DNA of 32,000 bases from NCBI RefSeq assembly GCF_000013905.1, contig NC_007969.1, forward strand, positions 1,830,001-1,862,000, read 5' to 3'. The position numbers and the translations under genes are program-made. Positions 14,292-23,118 of the stretch are shown here, piece after piece. The notes under the pieces were generated by a model. That model was not told the origin of the DNA, ran no database searches, and saw only the letters and a list, made by a program, of their open reading frames with translations. This DNA is from Psychrobacter cryohalolentis K5. GTDB taxonomy: Bacteria > Pseudomonadota > Gammaproteobacteria > Pseudomonadales > Moraxellaceae. Every line of letters begins with the position of its first letter. Within the stretch, counting starts at the first letter, position 1.

Positions 14292-15566
14292 TTAGATATC
14301 AAACTCAAGCGCTCTATCGCCCTCGCTATCTTTGATGCGCGTAGGCAGACCAATTTTATTTAATAAATTGATAAATGGCTTGGCATCAAGCTCTTCAACG
14401 TTGACCATTTTTCCTGCATCCCACTCGCCTGTTGCAACTAGCATCGCCGCGGCGACTGGTGGCACGCCTGCGGTATAAGAGATACCTTGACTACCAACTT
14501 CATTATAGGCATCTTTATGGTCTGCGATATTATAGATAAATACCTCACTATCGACACCATTGATCTTGCCTTTGACCTTGTCACCGATACAGGTTTTACC
14601 CGTGTAGTTCGGCGCAAGTGAGCTTGGATCTGGTAGGACCGCTTTCACTACTTTTAACGGTATCACTTCTTGTCCTTCAGCAGTCATCACTGGCTGCTCA
14701 GACAATAAGCCCAAGTTTTGTAGAACGGTAAAGACATTGATATAATGCTCACCAAAGCCCATCCAAAAACGAATATTGGGCACGTCTAAGTTGGCTGATA
14801 AAGAATGCACTTCGTCATGACCACTTAAGTAACTGTTTTGCACACCAACAACAGGCAAGTCATCTGTACGCTTTACTTCAAACATCTTGTTAGACTGCCA
14901 CTTACTGTCCTGCCAAGAATAAACCGTACCAGTAAATTCACGGAAGTTAATCTCAGGATCAAAGTTGGTGGCGAAGTATTTACCATGACTACCAGCATTA
15001 ATATCAATAATATCAATATCAGTCACTGAACCTGCATCCATCATGTCATAACCAAGACGTGCATAGGCATTGACCATACCAGGATCAAAACCTGCACCTA
15101 AGATCGCAGTGACATTATTATCGGCACAACGCTGTTTGCGTTTCCATTCATAGTTGTCATACCATGGCGGCGTCTCGCAAATCTTGCGAGGATCTTCATG
15201 AATAGCGGTATCAATATATGCTACGCCAGTCTCAATACAAGCTTCCAATACGGTCATATTCACAAATGCCGAACCGACATTGATAAGGATTTGAATACCC
15301 GTATCTTCAATCAGCTGTATCAGCGCTTGGGTATCCATGGCATCGACTTCATGCGTGTGCAATACCGCTGGCTGCTTAAAGCTGTTCTTTTCTATAACGC
15401 TCTGAGCGATGGCATCGCATTTATCTTGGGTACGTGAAGCGATATGAATCTCGCCAAGTACGTCATTATGCATCGCACATTTATGCGCGACTACTTGAGC
15501 GACGCCGCCAGCACCGATAATAAGTACATCTTTTTTACTAGGCTTAACTTGTTGGTTTGTGTTCAA
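14292..15566 (-). CDS. Carboxynorspermidine/carboxyspermidine dehydrogenase (saccharopine dehydrogenase family)
   Basis: Rossmann motif LIIGAGGVAQVVAHK, about 420 aa, paired with the nspC-type decarboxylase upstream. The TTG start is preceded by AAGGAGGA at 7-nt spacing. Confidence 0.88.
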   Translation of the reverse strand: MNTNQQVKPSKKDVLIIGAGGVAQVVAHKCAMHNDVLGEIHIASRTQDKCDAIAQSVIEKNSFKQPAVLHTHEVDAMDTQALIQLIEDTGIQILINVGSAFVNMTVLEACIETGVAYIDTAIHEDPRKICETPPWYDNYEWKRKQRCADNNVTAILGAGFDPGMVNAYARLGYDMMDAGSVTDIDIIDINAGSHGKYFATNFDPEINFREFTGTVYSWQDSKWQSNKMFEVKRTDDLPVVGVQNSYLSGHDEVHSLSANLDVPNIRFWMGFGEHYINVFTVLQNLGLLSEQPVMTAEGQEVIPLKVVKAVLPDPSSLAPNYTGKTCIGDKVKGKINGVDSEVFIYNIADHKDAYNEVGSQGISYTAGVPPVAAAMLVATGEWDAGKMVNVEELDAKPFINLLNKIGLPTRIKDSEGDRALEFDI

Positions 15567-15714
15567 AGAACAATCCTCCTTTGTGTCCCTGTCGATACCA
15601 TTGATATTGGCTATGCAAAACAGAAACGAGTGAATGATATGCGTGAATTAAAAAGGAAGACCGAGGAAAACCCACGCACCCGTTAGACAAATCCTACTGT
15701 GTTTGCCAGTAGCA

Positions 15715-15723
15715 ATTATAACA
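15715..15723 (-). promoter_or_regulatory. Candidate extended -10 promoter element (TGTTATAAT) upstream of the carboxynorspermidine dehydrogenase gene
   Basis: The minus strand reads TGTTATAAT about 150 nt upstream of the TTG start. No good -35 is present. Confidence 0.35.
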
Positions 15724-15843
15724 ATTTTTACTGACTTTTCGGCAAAAATTACAACATAACTTAAAAACGTCAAAGCGAATAAAAATTTATAGATAGTTGT
15801 TTGGCATTACCATTTGGTCATGCCGAATATGCGTCTAATAGCG

Positions 15844-17088
15844 TTATGACAAGCTTGCCTTATAATCTTGATAATCAAACTCGCGTTGGATATCGATACT
15901 GCCATCTAAGCGGCGAATGACAATCGCTGGCATATTCACGCCATTAAACCAGTTTTTCTTCACCATGGTATAGCCTGCTGCGTTGCCAAAAGTAACGGTG
16001 TCACCTACTTTTAGCTTATTTGGCAAGGCATATTCACCAAAGATATCGCCTGCCAAACAAGAACGACCATAGATAATCGTATTATCAGCTGATTTAGCGT
16101 TCTCGCTTATGGGTGCAATGTTGGTAGGATCGATATCAAGAGAGGCGATATTAATTAAATCACTATTAACAGCCGTTATCGGCGCTGACTCACGATAAAT
16201 CAGCAAATCAAGCATATGTGCTTCAATGGATGAATCTACTACTGCTAGATTTTTTTCATTGTGCATTGTATCTAAAACGCTTGTGACTAGCGTGCCAGCA
16301 CCATGAATACTTGCCTCACCCGGCTCAAGGTAGACTTGTACGCCATATTTTTCACTAAAGCCTTTTAACCTGTCAGCCAGTTTTTCTAGTGGATAATTAG
16401 GAGCAATAAAATGAATGCCACCGCCCAAACTGACCCATTCAAGCTGCTGCAAAACATCACCAAATCTGGTTTCAATATCAGCTAAGCTTTCACTAAATGC
16501 CTCAAAACTGTCATTTTCACAGTTGTTATGAATCATAACACCGCTAATATCACTCAACACGGCTGCAATTTTATCTTTATCATGCTCGCCAAGACGACTA
16601 AACGGACGCGCAGGATCGGCAATAATGAATGACGAGTTGCTGGTCTTTGGATTTAAGCGCAGCCCAACCGGTATGTTTTGCGCTGCTGCTTGATCTTTAA
16701 ACACATTTAACTGGGAGATTGAGTTGAAGATAATCTTATCGGCGTAGCTGAGCACTTCAGGCATCTCATCCGCGCTGTAAGCCACGCTATAGGCGTGAGT
16801 TTCTTTTTTATCTTTGCTACTAGCATTGCTATTTTTACCAAAAGTCTCATAACCCAATCTGACTTCATTGAGCGAAGATGACGTCGTACCATGCAGATAG
16901 GGCTGCATGATATCAAAAACGCCCCAAGTCGCAAAACATTTGAGCGCAAGCAGTGCTTTTGCTCCCGACAACTCGCACAGGCGCGCGATAATCTGCATAT
17001 TGGCGACGATTGCGGCTTCATCAAGCAAGTAATATGGCGTTGGTGGTAATGATGACTGAGTGTTTTGTAGCGAATTTTTTGTATTCAT
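15844..17088 (-). CDS. nspC: Carboxynorspermidine/carboxyspermidine decarboxylase (PLP-dependent, Orn/DAP/Arg decarboxylase fold)
   Basis: PYYLLDE...ALLALKCF (PLP-lysine region), SLGGG and EPG motifs, C-terminal beta-barrel. 414 aa with a Ser/Lys-rich insert (NSNASSKDKKETH). Confidence 0.9.
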   Translation of the reverse strand: MNTKNSLQNTQSSLPPTPYYLLDEAAIVANMQIIARLCELSGAKALLALKCFATWGVFDIMQPYLHGTTSSSLNEVRLGYETFGKNSNASSKDKKETHAYSVAYSADEMPEVLSYADKIIFNSISQLNVFKDQAAAQNIPVGLRLNPKTSNSSFIIADPARPFSRLGEHDKDKIAAVLSDISGVMIHNNCENDSFEAFSESLADIETRFGDVLQQLEWVSLGGGIHFIAPNYPLEKLADRLKGFSEKYGVQVYLEPGEASIHGAGTLVTSVLDTMHNEKNLAVVDSSIEAHMLDLLIYRESAPITAVNSDLINIASLDIDPTNIAPISENAKSADNTIIYGRSCLAGDIFGEYALPNKLKVGDTVTFGNAAGYTMVKKNWFNGVNMPAIVIRRLDGSIDIQREFDYQDYKASLS

Positions 17089-17177
17089 AAGGTTTACCTA
17101 ATAGCTGCTGCTCGTATCATGACAGACATAAATATTTGCGCTATAGTAGACTAAATCTATCATAATTAGAATAGCTT

Positions 17178-17843
17178 ATGTCTCTCTCAACCGATTATTC
17201 CACCTCAAAAAGCCATGCCAATTTATCGTCACTTGATCCAAAAAACATAAGTTTAGAGTATCTCGATTCAGAGGCGCGTGCCGTATTGGATTTTTGGTTT
17301 GATAAGGACAATGAACAGTATTGGTTTGAACAAAGCCATGAATTTGATCAGAAAATAAAAGAGCGGTTTGGTGAAATTTGGCAAGCAGCAAAGCAAGGGG
17401 AATGCGTCACTTGGCGCATTTCAGAAGCAGCAACCGACTGCAACAGCTCCATTACCGCTTTGGCTGGGCGTCTGGCAGAGATCATCGTTTTAGATCAATT
17501 TTCACGCAATTTATGCCGCAATAAAGCGGAAGCCTTTGCGCAAGATGGTATGGCGCTGGTGTTGGCTCAAGAAGTCATATTGCAGCCACATTTTTCTACC
17601 TTACCAATAACATGGCGCAAATTTGCTATTATGCCGTTTATGCATTCAGAATCTTTAAGGATTCATAGTCGCTATCTGCCATTGTTTGAAAAGCTCGATG
17701 ATGCCATTACGTTAGATTTTGAGCAGCAGCACAAAGAGATTATCGAGCAGTTTGGGCGTTACCCACATCGCAATAACACGTTAGATCGTGAGTCAACGGA
17801 TGAAGAAGAAGCCTTTTTGCATCAGTGGAACTCGTCGTTTTGA
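17178..17843 (+). CDS. DUF924 family protein
   Basis: VLDFWF...WF...FDQKIKERFG...LDQFSRN...FGRYPHRN follows the DUF924 pattern. It is divergent from nspC with an 89-bp spacer. Confidence 0.8.
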   Translation: MSLSTDYSTSKSHANLSSLDPKNISLEYLDSEARAVLDFWFDKDNEQYWFEQSHEFDQKIKERFGEIWQAAKQGECVTWRISEAATDCNSSITALAGRLAEIIVLDQFSRNLCRNKAEAFAQDGMALVLAQEVILQPHFSTLPITWRKFAIMPFMHSESLRIHSRYLPLFEKLDDAITLDFEQQHKEIIEQFGRYPHRNNTLDRESTDEEEAFLHQWNSSF

Positions 17844-17880
17844 CGTGATAACGCTTTCATAGTGGATTGACCATTATATA

Positions 17881-17924
17881 AAACAAGGGCTGAATCAGAT
17901 AACTGATTCAGCCCTTGTTTTATA
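17881..17924. terminator. Bidirectional rho-independent terminator between DUF924 and the lipoprotein gene
   Basis: Perfect 18-bp stem AAACAAGGGCTGAATCAG / CTGATTCAGCCCTTGTTT with loop ATAA, followed by TTTAT. Confidence 0.85.
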
Positions 17925-17958
17925 ACTTGTTCTATAATAGGTCTTCTAGATCACGCAA

Positions 17959-19149
17959 TTAATTGTTCACAGCACCAGTTTTAAAGGTAAAGCTCTCACG
18001 CTCTATGGCTTTGCTATCAACTAAGATATCAAAGCTGACACGGTAATCACTATTGCCATGTAAACCACAATTTTCGTCTTTTTTACTGGTGCTTGTACAG
18101 CTTTTCAAATTGTCCGTAATGGGCAAGATGAACGCTTCGTTCGCTGGTAGCTCATATATGGTATTTTTATGGGGATCTTGGCGATAATCTAATAGCTCAA
18201 TGGGCACATCCATATTACGCTGTATATCATGGAATTTAACATTGCTGATATCAATCGTTTGAGCAGACGGCATACTGACATAAATAGGCTGTCCGATAGG
18301 ATCAGTTTGTAAGTCACGACCTGTTCCTTTGACCGGACTTGGCGTTTCGTTATACAACGCAGTGACGGTACCGCTGACCCCTTGGCATGGATAAGTGAAT
18401 ATTCCTGCTACCGTATTATCTTCGGTCGCCTGCGTGGCTGAGGCATGGTTGACTAATACATAACCTTGATTATTAGCCGTATCCTTACCAAAAGTCTTAT
18501 AGGTGACCATGCCCGTCCCTGTCAAACTTGAACCTGGTAGCATCAAAGAACGCAGATGATAAGGCGCTGCCAATAACGACTTAGCCATTGAGCCTGCCAC
18601 TATATCAGAGCCTATAATATTGCCTACCGAGCTATAGTAAACCGATTGGGCAATATTCTCAGTCACCCCATATCGGGCGTTGCCATATTTTGCCTTTAAT
18701 AACCGGTCTGTGAAGCTAACGCCCCTAAAGAACGGGTTATTATCACCTGTGACGTTTGCGATATCCGCAATCTTATTTTCATAATGTGGACTAAAAGTAG
18801 TCGGTGTACTGTTAGCAAATACGTGCTTGATATATTTGGCATGTTGAATCGCAATATTATCCAGTGCGGTGTCAGCGGACAAACCTCCAAGACCACAGCT
18901 GGTACGCGCTAGACTAAAGGTATTACTTGCGATTAATGCTGCTTGTGCCTCATTGTCGCTTGCTACATTATCAGTTTGGTCATCGGGCTTATCAGTCGAG
19001 GTATCATCAGAGCTAGCAGCAAGTGCTGTTGGCTTTGGCGTAACGTCGTTAGCGCTATTGTCTGAGTCTTCGCCACCGCCACAGGCCGTCAAAAAAGCCG
19101 TTAATAATATGATTGCAGCGAGGTTTTTTTCTGGCAATTTGAGGGTCAT
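17959..19149 (-). CDS. Putative lipoprotein with an N-terminal CAP/SCP (PR-1-like) domain and an uncharacterised C-terminal domain
   Basis: Lipobox LLTAFLTAC-GGG, then an acidic low-complexity linker. ALDNIAIQHAKYI...FSPHYE...TENIAQS...LLAAPYHLRSLM resembles bacterial CAP (YkwD-like) domains. AGGA sits 6 nt before the ATG. Confidence 0.65.
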   Translation of the reverse strand: MTLKLPEKNLAAIILLTAFLTACGGGEDSDNSANDVTPKPTALAASSDDTSTDKPDDQTDNVASDNEAQAALIASNTFSLARTSCGLGGLSADTALDNIAIQHAKYIKHVFANSTPTTFSPHYENKIADIANVTGDNNPFFRGVSFTDRLLKAKYGNARYGVTENIAQSVYYSSVGNIIGSDIVAGSMAKSLLAAPYHLRSLMLPGSSLTGTGMVTYKTFGKDTANNQGYVLVNHASATQATEDNTVAGIFTYPCQGVSGTVTALYNETPSPVKGTGRDLQTDPIGQPIYVSMPSAQTIDISNVKFHDIQRNMDVPIELLDYRQDPHKNTIYELPANEAFILPITDNLKSCTSTSKKDENCGLHGNSDYRVSFDILVDSKAIERESFTFKTGAVNN

Positions 19150-19336
19150 CTCTTATCCTATAAGATAGTGGCGTAGTTATTATGAACAATACTTTGGGTA
19201 TAACGGATATTATCGAATACTTATTCGGATGTCATTTAATAAAAAGTATAAAACTTTAAATCATGATTACTAAAAAACTAACAAGTATTTCGCTTAGGCT
19301 ATTTATTTAAATAAATCAGCCAATCTCTACCCACTC

Positions 19337-20197
19337 TTAACGCTTTAACGCCTTTCTAACGGGTGCAAAGCTGCGTCTATGCGCGGCTAATACGCCATAA
19401 GTTTCGATTGCCTCCATATGTGCGCGTGTTGGATAGCCTTTATGCTTGGCAATGCCATATTCAGGATGCTGAGCGTCAAGCGCGTACATGGTTTTGTCAC
19501 GGCTAACTTTTGCCAAAATACTGGCGGCGGCAATACTGGTATGACGAGCATCACCCTTGATCCATGCTTGACAGTCAACTTTTTCTTCGACACCAAGTTC
19601 TACGAGCCTTGCATAATTCAATTCAGGACAGCGATTCCCATCGAATAAAACTTCAGCATGCAGCTGGTGTACGTCTTGTGCCATGTCATTCAAATGATAA
19701 GCAATGACCTCTAACATTACCTCAGTACATAAACGCATCCCAAGCATGGTGGCTTGTAAGATATTCACTTGGTCAATCACTGCCGCTGGAATATCAGCAA
19801 TGACATAACCAATGGCATGTTGCTGAACCAAGGGATACAGCATATCGCGCTTTTTTTCGCTCAACTGCTTGGAGTCCGTCAGTATCGATAAGGGCGTATC
19901 TTTGAGAGGCTGCCCTTCAATCAGTCCTGACCAAGCACGTGGTAATATTGCCGACGCAACATTCACACTGCCCAACAATGGTCCACGCCCTGCTTCATCG
20001 ACACCAATCTGAAGCACTGAACTCGTATCACTCTGTGCAATATTATTCGAATATTGCGCAAGTAATTCGTTGATATTAAGTTGACCAGATAAATAAATGG
20101 GAGAAGCCAAATTAATATATTGTCCTTTTATATCAATCTGTTCGATACTGCGTTCAATCTGTAAAAGATTACTCTCTATATGTAGCATGCTATTCAT
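19337..20197 (-). CDS. rnhB: Ribonuclease HII with an N-terminal extension of about 50-60 aa
   Basis: Catalytic [14 protein letters not shown] begins at residue 65. [10 protein letters not shown] and [10 protein letters not shown] motifs are present. It lies downstream of lpxB as in many Gammaproteobacteria. Confidence 0.88.
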
Positions 20198-20250
20198 TAA
20201 TTTTATTGTCTTATTTTATGAAATGAAAAGGTATGTAATGAATTTTCTTA

Positions 20251-21561
20251 CTAGATCTGCGGCGTTTTCGACGGATAATTTTGCAGATACCATTGTTCAA
20301 TCACGCTATTGGCAGGTTGATGATTGCTTTGCTGTTGCAAAAGATGCTTGGTCTGAATCAGCGCATTCAATTGCTCCGCATAAGCACGTGGCTGCAAAAG
20401 GCGCATGACGGTACGGCAGATATTGTCACCACTTGCTTGCTCTTGAATAAGCTCCGGTACGATCGCGGTAGCTGCCAAAATATTTGGCAAACCCACATAG
20501 GGCACTTTGACCAGACGTTTAGCAATCTGATAGGTTAGCTGATTCAGCTGATAGACGACGACCATCGGACGCTCAAGTAGCATCGCCTCAAGCGTTGCGG
20601 TACCTGAGGCTAACATCACAATATCTGATGCCGCCATCGCCTGCTGACTAAAGGTTGGCTGGCTATCATCATAGACCACCACGATGGCGGCACGCAGCTG
20701 CTCTGAGCGCTGATCAATCACGTCTTGGACGATATACTGATGGTTTTGATCGACAGTTGGGATGATAAAGCAAAGCTTTGGGTCCAATAAAAGCAGCTTT
20801 TGGATACCGTCTAGCATCAAGGGTAAAATAGCCGTTATTTCACCGCGGCGTGAGCCCGGCATCACACAAATAAGCTGACTGACTTCATCAAAGCGTTCGA
20901 TAAAAAACTGCTGTAAGCCATCGTTGTGCCAGACCAGCTCACTACGGCGCTGATTGATTGGTATGTCGAGCAGTGACTGGTCAATGGTATGCATCAGTGG
21001 ATGCCCAACGCATATCGCCGGATGCTTATAACGCTCGTAAACAGGCAGCTCAAACGGAAACAGGCACAATACCAAGTGGGTTGCCGCTTTAATATTATGA
21101 ATACGTGACTCGCGCCAAGCCCAGATAGAAGGACTAACATACTGCACGCAAAACACGCCTTTAGGCTTTAATTTTTTAGAGACTCGTAGATTAAAATCAG
21201 GGGCATCTATGCCAATAAACCAATCAATATCCGCCTTTTTAAAAGCAGCCAGCAACTCACGACGCGCCCTAAGCAAATCAGACAACTGTCCTATGACTTC
21301 TACCAGACCCATCACTGCCAAACGAGACAATGGAAAAATACTATTAAGCCCTTGTGCCTGCATTTTGGTACCGCCTACTCCAACCCAAACGATGTCATCA
21401 CGTAGATTGTTCATCTGCTGCATGAAGTCTGCACCCAGACTGTCTCCTGATACTTCACCAGCGACGATACCGATAACGAGCGGCTCACGCGCTACATTAG
21501 CGATCTCGTAAGTATCAAATGGTACAGTTAAATCAGGCTGAAGCGTATGGTTATCGGTCAT
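20251..21561 (-). CDS. lpxB: Lipid-A-disaccharide synthase LpxB
   Basis: IGIVAGEVSGDSLGADFM N-terminal motif, 436 aa glycosyltransferase, lpxB-rnhB synteny. About 20 extra N-terminal residues. Confidence 0.92.
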   Translation of the reverse strand: MTDNHTLQPDLTVPFDTYEIANVAREPLVIGIVAGEVSGDSLGADFMQQMNNLRDDIVWVGVGGTKMQAQGLNSIFPLSRLAVMGLVEVIGQLSDLLRARRELLAAFKKADIDWFIGIDAPDFNLRVSKKLKPKGVFCVQYVSPSIWAWRESRIHNIKAATHLVLCLFPFELPVYERYKHPAICVGHPLMHTIDQSLLDIPINQRRSELVWHNDGLQQFFIERFDEVSQLICVMPGSRRGEITAILPLMLDGIQKLLLLDPKLCFIIPTVDQNHQYIVQDVIDQRSEQLRAAIVVVYDDSQPTFSQQAMAASDIVMLASGTATLEAMLLERPMVVVYQLNQLTYQIAKRLVKVPYVGLPNILAATAIVPELIQEQASGDNICRTVMRLLQPRAYAEQLNALIQTKHLLQQQSNHQPANSVIEQWYLQNYPSKTPQI

Positions 21562-21860
21562 GACAAGCTCTTAATAATAAAGTGTAACAGTGAAAGTCGT
21601 ACAAGGGAGAAAACATGGATATTATAAAATATAACATGGGGTATCTATTATAGGATACGCACCATCATAATCAGCGGCGTTTGTGGTGCTAAAATTCAGC
21701 TATTTATACTGCCATCATACGTGACGATGATAAAAATAGCGAAGCTGCCCGAAGAAATCCAGTGGCATAAACGTCTCTTTATCCTACCTATAATCATCAA
21801 GTATAACCAAGTTTTCGCATCAGCATTCCAGTTATCAGTCAATTAACTGCTCGACTCCCC

Positions 21861-21889
21861 TTGTCAACTGGTACTTTTGTCCGCATAAT
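21861..21889 (+). promoter_or_regulatory. Candidate sigma70 promoter of the DAHP synthase gene
   Basis: TTGTCA (21861-21866), 17 nt, then CATAAT (21884-21889), about 37 nt upstream of the ATG. Confidence 0.4.
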
Positions 21890-21925
21890 GAAAGTCCCTA
21901 TAAATCAGCTAGACGATATATAATC

Positions 21926-23008
21926 ATGATAACAACCGCTACCCATAATGCAGAAATTGACGACGTGAATATTGAAAAATTTATTCCATTAATCACACCC
22001 AATGAGCTAAAAACCGAACTTCCTTTATCAAACGAAGCCTATAAAACCGTTTTAAATGGTCGTCACACTATCCAAAACATCTTGGATGGCAAAGACAAGC
22101 GTTTGTTTGTGGTTATTGGTCCATGCTCTATTCATGACATCAAAGCCGCTCATGAATATGCTGATCGCTTAGCCATATTGGCGAAAGAGATTGAAGACAG
22201 CGTATTCGTTGTGATGCGTGTCTATTTTGAGAAGCCGCGCACGACCGTTGGCTGGAAAGGCATGATTAATGACCCTGATATGAATGACAGCTTTGATATC
22301 GAAAAAGGTCTGCGTACAGCCCGTAAGCTACTGCTTGATCTCAATGAAAAAGGACTACCTTGTGCTACTGAAGCGCTTGACCCGAATACACCGCAGTACA
22401 TGCAGGACTTGATCAGCTGGTCAGCGATTGGCGCACGTACGACCGAGAGCCAAACGCATCGTGAGATGAGCTCAGGCTTATCATGCCCAGTCGGCTTTAA
22501 AAACGGTACTGATGGTGGCATGACTGTTGCGGTCAACGCCATGCAAGCGGTAAAAGCGGGTCATAGCTTCTTGGGTCTGTCCTCAGATGGCAAAGTGTCT
22601 ATCATCAAATCTAAAGGTAACCCTTATGCTCACGTGGTATTACGCGGTGGCAATGGTAAGCCTAACTACGATGAAACAGCAGTCGCTCAAGTAGAAGACG
22701 CGCTTGCCAAAGGTAAAACTAGTAGCAAGATTATGATTGACTCAAGTCATGCCAACTCTGGTAAAGACCCTTATTTGCAACCGATGGTGATCCAAAACGT
22801 TGCGGAGCAAATCAGAAATGGTAACAAGTCCATCATTGGTATGATGATTGAGAGTCACTTAAAAGGCGGTCGCCAAGAGCTGACTGCTGATTTGGATGCG
22901 CTCGAATACGGCATGTCAATTACAGATGGTTGCCTAGATTGGGACAGCACGGTCACAGCACTACATAACTTACGTGATATGGTCAAAGACATCCTACCTA
23001 ACCGTTAA
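21926..23008 (+). CDS. aroG: 3-deoxy-7-phosphoheptulonate (DAHP) synthase, class I
   Basis: KDKRLFVVIGPCSIHD signature, KPRT and IMIDSSHANS motifs, 360 aa. The isozyme specificity (Phe/Tyr/Trp) cannot be told from the sequence alone. Confidence 0.92.
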   Translation: MITTATHNAEIDDVNIEKFIPLITPNELKTELPLSNEAYKTVLNGRHTIQNILDGKDKRLFVVIGPCSIHDIKAAHEYADRLAILAKEIEDSVFVVMRVYFEKPRTTVGWKGMINDPDMNDSFDIEKGLRTARKLLLDLNEKGLPCATEALDPNTPQYMQDLISWSAIGARTTESQTHREMSSGLSCPVGFKNGTDGGMTVAVNAMQAVKAGHSFLGLSSDGKVSIIKSKGNPYAHVVLRGGNGKPNYDETAVAQVEDALAKGKTSSKIMIDSSHANSGKDPYLQPMVIQNVAEQIRNGNKSIIGMMIESHLKGGRQELTADLDALEYGMSITDGCLDWDSTVTALHNLRDMVKDILPNR

Positions 23009-23038
23009 TAACTGCTTATCCAATAATAGCTGCTTATT

Positions 23039-23080
23039 AAAAAAGCCCGTTTGACACTATATTGTCAGACGGGCTTTTTT
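23039..23080. terminator. Bidirectional terminator between convergent DAHP synthase and pepN
   Basis: 13-bp stem AGCCCGTTTGACA / TGTCAGACGGGCT (one G-U pair on the plus transcript) with loop CTATAT, flanked by A5 and T6. Confidence 0.8.
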
Positions 23081-23118
23081 CATGTTTAAGATTATAATTT
23101 TAGATTTCTAAGAAAGCT

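Noticed and set aside
15712-15750. Similarity between this promoter-like segment (minus strand CCGAAAAGTCAGTAAAAATTGTTATAAT) and 28824-28859 (CCGAAAAATTCTCAGATAATTTTGTTATAAAT)
   Set aside because: The match is short, gapped, AT-rich and dominated by a -10-like TGTTATAA box. It is compatible with chance or generic promoter composition, and is not enough to claim a shared operator.
21615-21653. 12-codon mini-ORF (MDIIKYNMGYLL) with a strong SD (AGGGAGA), considered as a possible Tyr-containing leader peptide for the DAHP synthase gene
   Set aside because: It lies about 270 nt upstream of aroG and upstream of the best promoter candidate (21861-21889). No terminator/antiterminator pair follows it, and two Tyr codons are not a convincing attenuation signal. 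I also found no TyrR-box (TGTAAA-N6-TTTACA) match in 21562-21925.
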